A stretch of DNA of 64,000 bases, taken from Stegostoma tigrinum (lineage: Eukaryota). Position numbers and translations under genes: made by a program. Shown one piece after another: positions 50,252 through 63,690 of the stretch (positions are counted from its first letter, which is position 1; the number at the start of each line of letters is the position of its first letter). The notes beneath the pieces are model-generated. The model was not told the origin of the DNA, did no database searches, and saw nothing but the letters and a program-made list of their open reading frames with translations. Location of the stretch: NCBI RefSeq assembly GCF_030684315.1, contig NC_081394.1:7112658-7176657 (forward strand), given 5' to 3'.

Positions 50252-53020
50252 CTTGTATGAAGTGTGCTTCACTTTGATCAATTAAATAAGGAATGGAGTG
50301 TTCATTGACTCTGCTCCGAAGCAACGTTAATTCGAGATCCTCACTGTCTTATCGCGTGGGACTGATTCAGATCCGCCATTTGTTTTTCTCTTCGTTGGTC
50401 TAATTTGCTTCCCATAACATTGGGTGACAGGTACCACCATTTCTACCTGTCCTGCTGATTCTTACACATTTCCCTTTGGATAACCGCCACAAGTCTGTTA
50501 TATTCCTCATCCACTTTTAGTTCTTCTCCCCTTCCCTCTTGTGTCCATCAAGCTTCACGTTCAAATGACGGTCTAATTTAATTTCAGGGAATTGATTGCA
50601 CCAGCTTCCACCACACTCTCAGGCAGTTCATTCCACATCCTAATGGAGCATGCTCTGAGGGATATTCTCCAATGTTGCTTCTGCCTCTCTTCCCAGGACG
50701 TCAGGACAGATGTATGAAGAAGGAATGGATCATTTAGCACTGTATTCACTGGAGCTTAGAAGAATGAGAGGGAGACCGAATAGAAACCAATACCATTCTA
50801 AAAGGGCTGGACAGTGTAATTTCAGGAGGAACGTCCAGCACCAGGGGATCTAAGATACGGGGTAGGCCATTTAGGACTGAGATGAGGAGAATTTTTTTCA
50901 CCCAGAAGCTGTGGAATTCTCTGCTACAAAAAGGGCTTGAGGCCAAGACATTGAATATTTTCAAGAAGGAGATAAATATTGTTCTAAGGGCTAAAGGGAT
51001 CAAAGGGTACTTTGAGATAAACTGGGATCCAGGAACTGAGTTGAATGACCAGCCACGTTCATCTTGAATTGTGGAGCAGACTCTAAGGGCTGAATGGCCT
51101 CCTCCTGTTCCTATTTTTACTGTTTCCCAGTGGTTCTAAACATGGTCCCTCTGCTTCTCATTCCCTTAAGCAATAGAACTCATTCATCCTCTTTGTTCTC
51201 CCCGACACCCCATGATACTGAATACCACCCTCTTCTCAAGGAGGAAAATGAATACTTGTTTCGCCAGTGATGCTCATGTCCCACAAGTGAATAGTAGTAG
51301 TTTTATTTAAAAAAAACAAATTTCATGTTTTATTCTTTATATCTGATATCCTCCATTATAATGCTTGTATAACTGCCCTTATAATCAGCAAGCAGGAGCT
51401 TTTTATTCTCTTTGTCTGCCTTTTCAAAATGTTACATAGATTTGAAAATTAAGTTACCAGTCTTGGTTATGCTGCAGTCGTTTTTCCATAACTGAAATTA
51501 CATCTTACCAACTCACAGATTCCCTGAAATCATCTGCTGAATTGTGATAATTGCATGCATTCATGGGCAGTGTTCCAAATAGATTTTTTTTGGTATTATT
51601 CTGTATTGTAATATTAACTGACGCTCCCCTTTGTTTTTCCAACTTTCTAACTTTATTTCCCACCTTCACACTTCTTGTTAGTTCTTGTTCGCCAAAATTA
51701 GGAAATTGGTTGAGTGCCAGGCAACAGCCGATCAGGATGACAGGTAGGTACTCAAATTAGCAGGAGGTAACTGGGGTCCCACAAGGATCTGTATAAGGGC
51801 CTCAGTCATTCCTATTTCCAAATTTGCTGATTGCACAGTTAGGTGACATTGTAGACAGTGTAGTTCATAGCATATAATTACAAAGACATATTGATATTCA
51901 ATGTAAATGGACAAGCAGTTGTGGAAGCAAGGTCATTGGGGTCATTTAAGAGACTGCTGGACATGTATATGGTCACAGAAATTTGAGGGTGCATACATGA
52001 GGATCAATGGTCGGCACAACATTGTGGGCTGAAGGGCCTGTTCTGTGCTGTACTGTTCTATGTTCTATGTTCTAAGAATGTGGTAGATGGACTTTAATAG
52101 AAATATTGCCCTCATTAGTATTCAAAGTGGAAATTCGGTTAGAGACCAATAAACTCCTGTGGGGCATGACTGTTTTTTTAATTTATTCACAGATGTAAGT
52201 GTTACTGACTACACCACTATTATTGCTCATTCCTAATTGCCCAAGTGGAAGTTAAGAGTCAATCACATTGCTGTGCATTTGGAGTCATAACTCGCCAAGA
52301 TCAGATGAGGATGGTGGATTTCCTTTACAGAAAGATATCGGTGAGCCAGATATTTTACCCAGCTCCAGCTTCTTCCAATGGCTTCATTGTCATCAATAGA
52401 CTATTATTTCCAGAAGACAGTTAAAAAAATAAATTAAAATTCCAACTAGTGTCTTAGATAGCTGGTTGGCCATCCTTCTTTACTGTACCTGCATTTGCCT
52501 TATGTGTGATTTGGATACCTCCATAATCATGATATCAATGTAATTCTTTATATCATGGATGCAGAATGGTGGTTACACCCATTGATCCAGCTCTGAAATA
52601 TGGGAGCTGAAACCTGTTAAGCCAGTGGCATTCCCTTCATTTAGCTAGGACACATATTGCATCCATGACTCCACACATATTGCGAGATATAGCTGCCACA
52701 TGATCAAGCTGACCTACCATATAACAACTTTTAAAGCAACTTATTACAATAAGGGTACTGCAGAATAATTTCCTGTTTGTGCACCAGTTTCTTCTCCTGC
52801 ACAAAGCTAAAAGTCAAATACCTTCAAACTCCATCTTGCTCTCCAAGTTTACACTCCCTATACTCAAAGCGGTGCTCAGTTCACTCCAATTACTTTCGCT
52901 GACTTGTTTGGCTCGACTTGTCTCCAACAATTTTGACAGTGGAACCTACAAGAACAAATCTATTGTCCCAGGTCAATGCTCTTCCTTTTTGCAGGGGTGG
53001 CTTCAATGGGCATTCCAGCA

Positions 53021-53302
53021 TCCAACATGAACAAAAACAAAGTTGTTGGAAAAGCTCAGCCGGTCTGGCAGCATCTGTGGAGGAAAAAAACAGAATTAAC
53101 ATTTTGGGTCTGGTGAACCTTCCTCAGAACTGAGCATCTGTCATTACCAGTTTTCCTGGGTCCAACATGAACAAAAACAAAGTTGTTGGAAAAGCTCAGC
53201 AGGTCTGGCAGCATCTGTGGAGGAAAAAAACAGAATTAACATTTTGGGTCCGGTGAACCTTCCTCAGAACTGAGCATCCGTCATTACCAGTTTTCCTGGG
53301 TC
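53021..53302 (+). repeat. 140-bp perfect-period tandem duplication containing a Penelope terminal fragment
   Basis: tccaacatgaacaaaaacaaag starts at 53021 and 53161, with few mismatches between units. Confidence 0.92.
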
Positions 53303-56300
53303 ATTTCAGATGGCTGTTAATGGTCAAAGATATTTCTCTCTGTTTGTGGTGACTTGGTGGACAGGCCACTTTATGACCACAGTTTGCCTTCCTTAAGATA
53401 CAGTGGGGAATCAGAAAATGGTTCCATGGGCAACATTAGAATAGATATTAATTTTAGATTTCATTCAAAATTGAGTCCATGAGGCGACTCAATCTCATGT
53501 CTCCAGAATATTAACTTAGTTTTCTAGATGAGCAGCCCAGTGACCCAATGGTGAAAGCAGGAATTCAAGACCTGACCTCATTATTCCAAGCATTAGGACG
53601 AGAATGAATTAATTTGACTTAATTTGAAATAGTCAAAGCGTGACTAAACAATTGAGGTTAAGTCGAAAATAGGACCTGAACTGCTTCAAACTGTTGACCA
53701 TGTGAAAAAAAGACCGTACCTACCACTGATATTTTAAAATGTAGTTTTCGATCATGGTAACTAAAGGTGAGAAAGCCATTTGTGTGTAGGGGTGGGTGCG
53801 CAGTTGACCACAGGCCATTTGCAGCATGTTGTTAGGCCACTAGTAAAGACTGGTAAATTATGTAACTAACTATTGTAATTAGGATTGTTTTTCTAATCCA
53901 ACCTGACGTTTAGATCCTGTATTGTAATGTAAACCTGTTAATCAGGTGGCTGTAAACTATTGTCACGACTTGGGCATCATTATTCTCCACAGGATAGATA
54001 CAGGGGAGTCTAGGACCGGACCTTACAGTCTAGGCATACGTAATTTAGTTCTTAGATGTGAAGGAACTTCTTCACTCAGAGAGTGGTGAGACTGTGGAAT
54101 TCATTACTGAGGCCAAAACATTACAGATTTTCACGAAGATATGCAGACATGATTCTTAGAACAAGAAGTATCATGGGGAATGGGGAGAAAGTAGGAGCAT
54201 GGCACTGAGTTGCAAGCTCAACAGTAATCATATTGAATGGCAGAGAAGGCTCAAAGGGACAAATGACCTACCCCTGCCTCAATATTCTATGTTGCTGTCT
54301 CCAGTAAATGTTGAAACCTGCTCAGATTCACATTGCTGCTGATTGTAAGGGTTAGCATTGCTTCTTGTCACAAAGTCTGAATGTATTAGAGCGAAATAAG
54401 ACTTCCTTTTACCCGGGTGTCCAGCAGATACTTTAACAACGTTCAGATTTGATTAAAATCAACAAGCAATTAATTCCCTTTGAGCAGAAGCTGAAATCTT
54501 AACCATGGTAGATGCAACCTTTAACATTTTTTCAATTTGTGCCTTGTGTATAATGGAGATTGCAATGTTGCTTGATCTACAGCGCCTATCAAAACATTTA
54601 TGGTTCGCTAAATGTGTTGCTAAATAAGTTGATGAGCAGGTTATTTCATGTATACTATATTGGAAAGCTCAAACCTCTCAAAATAAGATTTGCCAATTTG
54701 TTAATATGTATTCCAATTTGTTTGGAATGGTGTTTTTTAATTGGGATTTGAAGTTTCAATAGGATTTTGATGGCTCTTTTGTTTAGTGATATATCTATTA
54801 GGGATAGTTGCAAATTAAGTTCATGATACTTGACAGGAAATCTATGGGCTGTTTGAATTGATTTATTGTTGCAGAATTTTCTTGTTATGTTACTCCGTTT
54901 GCTTACTGAGTCTGCACACAGCTCCCAATTCTCTGTGAATTGGTAAATCGTACCTGGGGATTTTCAGCAGAGTGTAATTGATGTGTAGACATCCTTTGCA
55001 CATTTGGTTCTCCCACTCCTATCAATATTCCCAGAATTTATGCATTTAAATTGGGGAAGGAATGATGGTTTCCAAAAGGGGATGTCATATGTTTTCTTCT
55101 TTCTTCGATGTCTAAACAGCAAAACTTTACAATATCAAAAGAAAACAGAATTGCATAGTAATATGGCATACATATGGTAAAATGATAAAATACATGGAAT
55201 GTGAACATTAAGTCCAGGAGAAAATCATTAGCCGACTGAACATTGCAAACCAGTGCTGTCAGAGGATTCTTGACTCCTCCCAGTCCTTAGCAGGTCAGTT
55301 TTACATTCTCATGCCTCTCGGCTTTCTGATAAGAATATTGTAAATGAAGACATGATAGTCCCAGAGGATCAGTCTCTTGTCAGACAGGCAACTAGTGACC
55401 GATTTAACCTGAGGGGTACCTCTAGCAAGAGGCAATGTTGAAAAGGTGACTTTCATAATAACCTCAGTCAACTGTGGGAATAGAAACGGCACTGTTGTTC
55501 TTTATTCAACACCTCACACCAGACAATCCAACTGCTGTGTGTTGTACTGTTCTTGAGAAAGTGATAGAATTCCTACAGTTTGGAATCAACTCATTTGGTC
55601 CATAGAACCTGCACCGATCTTCTGAAGAGCATCCCACCGAGACCCATCCTATCCTTGTAACCCTGCATTTCCCATGGCTAATCCACTTACCTTGCATACG
55701 ATGGGCAACTTCCAGTGACAAGACTGTGAGGGTCTCACTTCCAAACTCCACTCTCTAGAGTGAGCAGCCAAAGACCCAACAGGACCATAACAACTAAATT
55801 AAAAGTGTCTTGGGGTTTGTTCCTATTTCTGCTGAAAGCAGTCAACAGAAATCAACTACTGATAGCCTTGGCAAGATATATTTGCCTCTAGAATTTGCCT
55901 GCTTTGGAATATAAGAACTTGAGCTCCATTAACTCACTGCTTCATAAACTATAATTTGTTTTCAAGGTCAGTAAGCTCAGAACAAGCCATTTGAAGGTAC
56001 AGTTCCACATATGGAGAACAATTTATTCCACAAACCCTTTCATTTCTGCCTGGTACATATGTGTTTATGTATTTATGGAGCACACATACCTCTGAACCTT
56101 CACCACAATCAGAACAATAAAAATCACGGGTTTTCCTTTCTGACGAGGATCACAAATTACCAGATAAATATTCCTAAAATATTGTAAAAGATATTTTTCA
56201 CATTCTTGCTCTGATCCCACAAACTGGTAGCAAAATTGTGGTTATCTGGAGCAAAAGAGAACTTTCCTTTATTTTGACATCAGAAAAAATACAAATTATC

Positions 56301-57915
56301 TCCTTATGGCTTGTGTAGGATTGGAATTTTGCTGGGTTTATGATGTGGTGTGGTAATCTACCTGAACAGGTTAGTGCTTTCAGTATACAAGTTCAAATCC
56401 CAGTACTGAATTTGTAATATTAGAGATAATCGGTTAAATATGTTAATTAAAATATTTATTGGCAATTTTGAGCATGTAACTATCATCAGTTATTGTATAA
56501 TAGTAGATTTCTAAATGAGATGATATCTACAGGATTAACTGCCACGTGTGTGCGTACATATTAAATGCAAAGCGGACCATTTCCTACTCTTTATATCAAT
56601 TGCCTGTAAACAATTTTATTCCATTTGCAATGATATTCTGGTTCAAATTTCTTGCTAGATGCTGTTAGAGTGCATCAGTATGGGAGAGAATATCAAAATT
56701 CCAGGCCCAACAGTTAGGACTAAGGTAGACAATGTCTTTATTCAGAGCATAGCGAGAATTTTGAATTCTAATTTCTCCAGAGAGGTGTGAATGGTCATTC
56801 TTTTACTCCATTCAAAAATAAACTGGAAATTCAAGAGTTCGGGAGAATCTGGTGAGATGATGCAGTTGACGTCAAAGATCAACCATGATATTATTGAATG
56901 TCAGAGTAAAATCAATTTTGAATATGAATATGGCCAGTAAAGACAATCTATAATAGATTGAAATTATACAAAAGATTGTTTATTTCTGCTGCTAAAGAAT
57001 AGAAAGGAGGAATTTCAGGATGAGTGAACCTATAGATAGGGGGCTTTGTACGAACAAAAGGGGTCTTCCATTAAGATAGAGATGTGGAGGAATTTTTCTC
57101 CCTGAAGTTAATTTCTCTTTGGAATTCCCTTATCAAGCGATCAGCAGAAGCTCATGTTGAACCAGTTCAAACTAAATTTCTAATTAACCTGCTCAGAGAT
57201 GTTATTCCACACCTCTAGAGCAGGTGGGACTTGAACCCATCTTTCCAGTCCAGAGATAAGGATACTACCACTGAACCATTAGAGTTTTCTTTTATTGACA
57301 GTACTTAAGGGGAAACAGGTGGGAATGTGGATTGAGGTGAAAAAGGATCAAATTAATCAACATATTGAATGCCGGTGCCAGCTCAAGGAGCCAAAAGGCC
57401 TATTCTTGCTCCTAATGTGAACAGCTAAATGATAACTCGGAAGCAGGGAATGCTGTATTGAGGGGAAATCTGACTTCATGGCAGGGGTAATTAACCCAAA
57501 CATTGTAGTCTTTTTAAAGGTCAGGAACTGGTTCTACATTTCAAAGCCATTTCAAAATTGACAAATAAAAATAATAATTAACACACATAGGCTAAAGATG
57601 CAATGTATACAATATTGTGTCCAGTCTCCAACTGGGCACAGGTACGGCTGAAATTACTTATGGACTATGTCCAATATATTGGGACATTTTGGCATTTTAT
57701 GCGGACTGCGGGACCAATGAAATCGTCAGTCACACGCTTCTCTCACTGTTGGGGAAATCTGTCACCTGATATTAAAAGCTGTGACATTTCATGACAAAAT
57801 TGTTCAATGCAATTGTTTTTATTTCCTAGACACTAACTAACAAATGTTGACTGCTCCTTTTGTCCAGATGCTGCCTGGCCTGCTGTGTTCTTCCAGCCTC
57901 CTGTTTGTCTGTTGG

Positions 57916-58139
57916 ATCATCTTCAGATCCATTTGGCTGAGTGAGTGTCAGCGAGCTCTGCAGTGAGCGATTATTCACTGTCCAGGAATAGACTGTAACA
58001 TTTGAAGCATTCACCATGATATTTCTGCCACTGAGACCCCATATGATTGTTCCTGGGTGATTAGCTCTGACTGTACCATTGCAAGAGAGGTCTATCTTCG
58101 AACTGGTGCAGCTCGGACCTAACAGCACTATAGAATAAT
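57916..58139 (-). pseudogene. Relic C2 Ig exon of a second Siglec-like paralog
   Basis: Acceptor tttttatag|, then YSIVLLGPSCTSS...VRANHP...VTVYSWTVNNRSLQSSLTLTQ, clearly homologous to exon 45334-45047. Truncated by a Penelope-like fragment at ~57845-57915. Confidence 0.75.
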
Positions 58140-58486
58140 CTATAAAAAATAGAGAAAGAAAGAGTTTTCCAGTGAAAATATGGGTAATCATATGTTTGCT
58201 TCATTTAATTTGGTAAATCTGTTGTGTGTGAACATGGATGATAATTTGAATTTCGTGTTTGCATTCACAATGCTATACACAACACACCATTCGCGGTAGC
58301 AGTACAGATCAGACCTGGTACTATAGTTTTATCTGCATACAAATAGTGGATTCAAATTGTCACCTATTTAAAATGTACATTTGATAAACCGTTCACAGAC
58401 TGTTTGACCAACTGCAACAGTTAATTAAAAGGCCCGCCATGAGTTTGATTTATTTATGAACAGATAAAACAGAGTGAAAAGTCACA

Positions 58487-59060
58487 TAGAGAAACGCTTC
58501 TGAAGGATCTCAATGTTCTGAATGTAGACATTGTCACATTTGGGAACAAACTGGGAAGGCCTGAATGTGGACTGTAGTCCATTGGGTATAATCTGGTTCT
58601 GTAGGCAGGTGCTGAGGAAGGTGATGTGGCTGTAGTGCCTGGTTTGCTTCAGGATGTGGTCGAGCAGTTTCAAGGTCAAAGAGATTACAAGCGAGTTGCA
58701 GTGGGAGAGAGATCCACCGAGGTTTTTTTCCGGATGGAGGAGGGTAACTTCTTCAAGGTAGGCATCCTTAGAAGAGGCTTCGCAGTGGGGTTAAAATTGA
58801 TTCAGAGATAGTAGGAACTGCAGATGCTGGAGAATCTGAGATAACGAGGTGTAGATCTGGATCAACACAGCAGGCCAAGCAGCATCAGAGGAGCAGGAAG
58901 GCTGTCGTTTTGGGCCTAGACCCTACTTCAGAAAAAAAGAAGGGCCTAGGCCCGAAACAACAGCCTTCCTACTCCTCTGATGCTGCTTGGCCTGTTGTGT
59001 TCATTCAGCTCTACACGTTGTCATCTCAGATTCTCCAGCATCTGCAGTTCCTACTATCTC
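58487..59060. mobile_element. Penelope insertion: terminal repeat plus probable ORF N-terminus (minus), with an inverted terminal repeat and 12-bp TSD
   Basis: Palindrome 58803-59060 folds at cttcagaaaaaaagaag. The left arm extends into decayed coding sequence (MPTLKKLPSS...LKLLDHILKQTRHYSHITFLSTCLQNQIIP). TGAAAAGTCACA at 58475-58486 and 59061-59072. Confidence 0.8.
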
Positions 59061-61527
59061 TGAAAAGTCACAAATCATTTCTCTTCACCATGCAGTGCGT
59101 GTATTGACTGGAGATATGAGGATGAGAGGAGTACTCCTCGGAGCATGTAGAATTCTGACTGGGCTTGACAGACTGAACACAGGGACAATCCAGAACAAGG
59201 GGTCATGGTCTCAGAGTCTGGGTGAGCATGGAATTCTCTCTTATAAAGGTTGGACATGCAAAGTAATGGAATATGTTTAAAAGCGAAACAGCTTTCTAGA
59301 GGCTTCAAGCGTTAAGGGTAGTTAATGTGATTGAAAAAAAAAGTAGCTTGACAAATTATGGGAACATTAGACCTTCAAACCTACCAACTATGTTCAGCTA
59401 TTCAAGTAAGTTGTATCTTAGCATTTTAACATTGTTGCACCAATGTAATCCTTATTATCATCACTCTAAAAAGAATCTGCCCCGCTCGGTTTAGAAAGTT
59501 CATTTTTCCAGGTGACCTCATACTTCACTGAACTTTAAGACAAAATCTGAAACAGTTTCCTGACCGAACTAGTGTACAAAACAGAAAGAAGGTATGTTAT
59601 AGTCTGAGAGCTCCCAGGGTCTGCAAACTGTGTAGAATGGTCGGGTGGAAGACTGCCATGCAATTCATATTGTGAGCACCAAAAATTTGCATTGATCTGT
59701 TCCCTTGAACTTTATTTATGACATAGAATGTACATAGTAAAAATACGGCATATTACATATTTTATTAATTTGCTTACAGTATGTGGGTTCTACCAGCCAG
59801 GCTACATTTGTTTCCTGTCCACAACTGATCCTCAGGGAGGTCGGTGGTGAGCTGCTTTCTCGAGCTGCTACATTCCATGTGCCGTAGGTAGTCCCACATT
59901 GCTACGAGGGGGAAAGCTCTGGGTTTTTGAGACAACATTAAGAAAGTTAATGTATTTCCAAAACAGGTGAGTACCTTGGAGGGGAACTTGCGGCTGGTGA
60001 TGTTCCCATGTATCTGTTCTCCTTACTTTTTAAAATGGCAGTGGAAGGAATCCTGGCGAATTTCTGCAGTGCATCTTGCAGATGGTACATCAAGCTGCCT
60101 CTGAATATCTGAAGGAGAGTGAGTGAATTCTTGGGTGTGTGGTGTCAAACATGTGGGCTGCTTTGTCCTGAATAGTATTAAATCTGTTGAGTGTTGTTGG
60201 CGCTGCACTCAACCAGGCAACGGGGGAGGATGTCGTCATAATCCTGATATGCTTTGCAGTCGGTGGATGTGCTTTGAGGAGTCAGGAGGTGAGGTATTCA
60301 CTGGAGCAGTACCAGCCTCTTGACTGCTCTTGTAGCCACTGTGTTTTTATGGCGAATCCAATTGAGTTTCTGGTCAATGCTAACCCTCTGTACATGGGGA
60401 ATTCAGTTTGATTCAGGCCACAAATAGTTAAACTCATGGAAACAAACAAATTGCAGGAGGTAGTAGGAACTGCAGATGCTGCATAATCTGAGACAACAAG
60501 GTGTAGAGCTGGATGAACACAGCAGGCCAAGCAGCATCAGAGGAGCAGGAAGGCCGATGTTTCAGGCCTTAGAGAGCCACTGCAGCTGCACTTGAAGGTC
60601 AGTTAGAGCGGTTAATACTCCTCTATCTTATGAGGTTACTGCTGTATTCTGAAAGGCGCATTGTCTACTAATCTTCCTGTGCAGCAGAGTGAGGATGAGT
60701 GATTTATGTAGCTCTAGCAGAATAATAAAGTTCGCAGCCTAGAAGCCATTTGTTGCTAATTTGCATTGAGAAGCCATCGTGTGCCTGTATCCAAGTTTCT
60801 TATTTATTACTACATCTGCCACAATGGTCCTTCGCCTCGGCTTGACCCCATTAAGTCATGCTAGGCCTTAATTCTATGTTACATGCTTTAATTAACCTAA
60901 TTAAGCTGCCGTTAATAACTCACCTAGGTGTCCTACCTTAGTTTTACAGGCCAATTGATAACTTTCTTACATTCCAATGAGACATTGTGAAGCTAATGTC
61001 TAAACGCTCACAAGCTATAGCTCAGCCCCAAAGCCCTTTAAATTCCCTTCGATCTTATGCAAATTGCAGCAAATATTGTATGTGAATTCACAAAAAATCA
61101 ATGTAAGGACTCAACAATTTTTTTAATCAAACCGCAGAAATAGCCTGTTTAAAACCTTACCAATCTTCAACTACCCGCAAATATTGCGTGTAAAAAATAT
61201 GTATTTACCCACGCGCTGACATTAACTTAGATATATTATTTTAGAAAAATCACTACACCTTATTAAGTTTCAGGATGAGACAGATTAACATTATCATGTC
61301 CATGATTTGAACAGTTTCACCATGTAAGATGCCCTGGAAAACGAGAATAAAATAGCTGTGGTTATCTTTGAGTGGTACCGAAAGGTTATTTTCTCGGCGC
61401 CGTAGATATCTCTGACTCCAGAAATAACAATGATCTCTTGCAGAAGCTGCACCAGATTTATCTTCCAAAGAGTGGGCACATTTCACGTTGAAGAGGAAGT
61501 AAAAGATAATTGCGACTATCCTCCCCC

Positions 61528-61537
<10 letters not shown>

Positions 61538-61586
<49 letters not shown>
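61538..61586. repeat. (CA)n microsatellite
   Basis: Directly visible. Confidence 0.95.
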
Positions 61587-61588
<2 letters not shown>

Positions 61589-61715
61589 GCAATGTACAGA
61601 AATCCACATGGCTTTGATTACAGAGCCCGGGTTTCAGATTAGGGTATGGTGGACCACTGGTAATGTGAAGGAGACAAACTGGACAGGCAGGCTAATGTGA
61701 GGGACTAAGACAGAA

Positions 61716-61915
61716 ATCCATGGAGAAACTCAGCAGATCTGGCACCAAGTCTGAAGAAGAGTCACGCTAGACTCCGAATGTTAAGCTGTTTCTCTCTGCA
61801 CAGATACTATTCTGGAGAAAACCTATCTGATTCATCTCTGAACAGTCAAAGCAAGATCGAAATGTTAACTATTTCTCTGTCCGCAGGTGCTGATAGATCT
61901 GCTGAGTTTCCTCCA
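61716..61915. mobile_element. Degenerate palindromic Penelope-derived element, third family
   Basis: ggagaaactcagcagatct ... agatctgctgagtttcctcc inverted ends. Internal CTGAAGA-A-GAGTC-acgcta-GACTC-CGAA at 61751-61778. Confidence 0.55.
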
Positions 61916-62664
61916 CCTTTCACTGTAAAGGGACTGAATCTTTTACCAAACCACCTCAAACAGACTGAAACACAAAACCATGGCTGATAATCAGAAATTA
62001 TTCAACATGTACTTGTATTCATTCCGCCAATGCAGCAATTGGTGGATCCAGAATTTCTGTGGTTAAAGGGAGATTCGAAATTCTTCTGTTCATATAAAGT
62101 GGGAATTTCAGGACACAGAGATGCTCATTTCTACTAAAATTTAATCTGGTGGAATGGTCATATAATTTCAGATTTGCAAAATTATTGTGACGCAGAAGGA
62201 GACCATTAGCTGGTGGTATTTGGTCAGGCTGTCTAATGACCATTGTGACCCAGTGCAGTTCACCTGCCTTTTCCTCATACCATTGCCATTGTTTCTGTTC
62301 AAATGATTACAAATTCTGTCTTGAAATGTCTCCCTTTACTCAGCCTCCACCACACCTTCTGCAGTGCACTCTATACTGGAACCACATGCTGTCTGAGAAA
62401 ACAAACTTTCTCCTCACACCACATTTCTTAAATTTTCAAACTTCCTTTTGTCTGTACCCTCTTGTTTCGGATCCTTCTACAGCCTGGAACAGTTCCTCCC
62501 TTTCTCCTCTATCCAGACCTCTCATATCCCTTCTTCGTCTTGTTATCTCCAAAATGAACAATCTACCCTCCTAACTGAAGTGTGATGCGGGCAACTCCAG
62601 GGCAAAGGTCTCTCTCTGCTCTAATGTTTCAATTCACCACTTGTTATAGGCTTTTTCTTCCCCC

Positions 62665-63045
62665 CGAGCATTGGAGGCTGAAGGGTGACCTTATGGAGGT
62701 TTATAATATCATGAAGAACATGGATAAAGTGAATAGCCAAGGTCTTTTCCTTCGGGTGGGAGAGACCAAACTGGTGAGAGGGGAAAGATTTAGAAAGGAC
62801 TTGAGGGCTAATATTTTTCATGTAGAGGGTGATGCGTGTATGGAATGAGCTGCCAAAGGAAGTGGTGGAGGCAGGTACAATTGCAACAGTTATAAGGAAT
62901 CTGGAATTATACATGAAAAGGAAGGGTTTAGAGGGATATAGGAAAAAACATACTAGCAAATAGGACGCAGTCAGATTGGAATATCTCATTGGCGTGAACA
63001 AGTTGGACTGAAGTATCTGTTTCTGCACTGTATGACTCTATAGCT
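62665..63045 (+). mobile_element. CR1-clade LINE 3' end
   Basis: EHWRLKGDLMEVYNIMKNMDKV (the CR1 RRLRGDLIEVYK motif), followed by a tail ending ctgtatgactctat. Confidence 0.8.
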
Positions 63046-63229
63046 CTATAAGAAAACCCATTCCCCTCTTGCTGTTTTGGGTACTATGCCTTTAATGGAG
63101 ACAGTGATGATAGAATGTTCTCTTTAGAAACAGTGGGTAAACAGCTTTAAGCTCCCGGAGTGTGTATCTTTTTTAATTAGACAAAAGGTGGAGATGGGCT
63201 CACACAGACCCAAACTCTTAGCTTTGCTT

Positions 63230-63690
63230 TCAGTTATAGAGTCATATAGATGTACATCATGGAACCAAACCCTCCAGTCAAACTTGCCCAAGCCAACCAG
63301 ATATCCTAAACTCCCTTCTGCCAGCATTTAGCCCATATCCCTCTAAACCCTTCCCATTCACGTATCCATCCAAATTCCTTTTAACTGTTGTAATTGGACC
63401 AGCCTCCTGGAAGTTCATTGCATGCATGCACCACCTTGTGTGAAAAAGTTGCCCCTTAGGTCTGTTTTAAATCTTTCCCCTCTCACCATATCAAGGCCCC
63501 TCATGATTTTATGAACCTCCAAAAGGTCACCTCTCAGCATCCAATGCTCCAGGGAAATTAACCCCAGCCTATTCATCTCCTCCTCATAGCACAAGCCCTT
63601 CAATTTCGGCAACATCTTCGTAAATCATTTCCACACCTTCTGAAGTTCCACTACATTTTTCCTATATCAGGGAGACCAGAATTGAATGCC
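63230..63690 (-). mobile_element. CR1-clade LINE 3' end
   Basis: LKGLCYEEEMNRLGLISLEHWMLRGDLLEVHKIMRGLD, with tail gtacatctatatgactcta. Confidence 0.8.
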
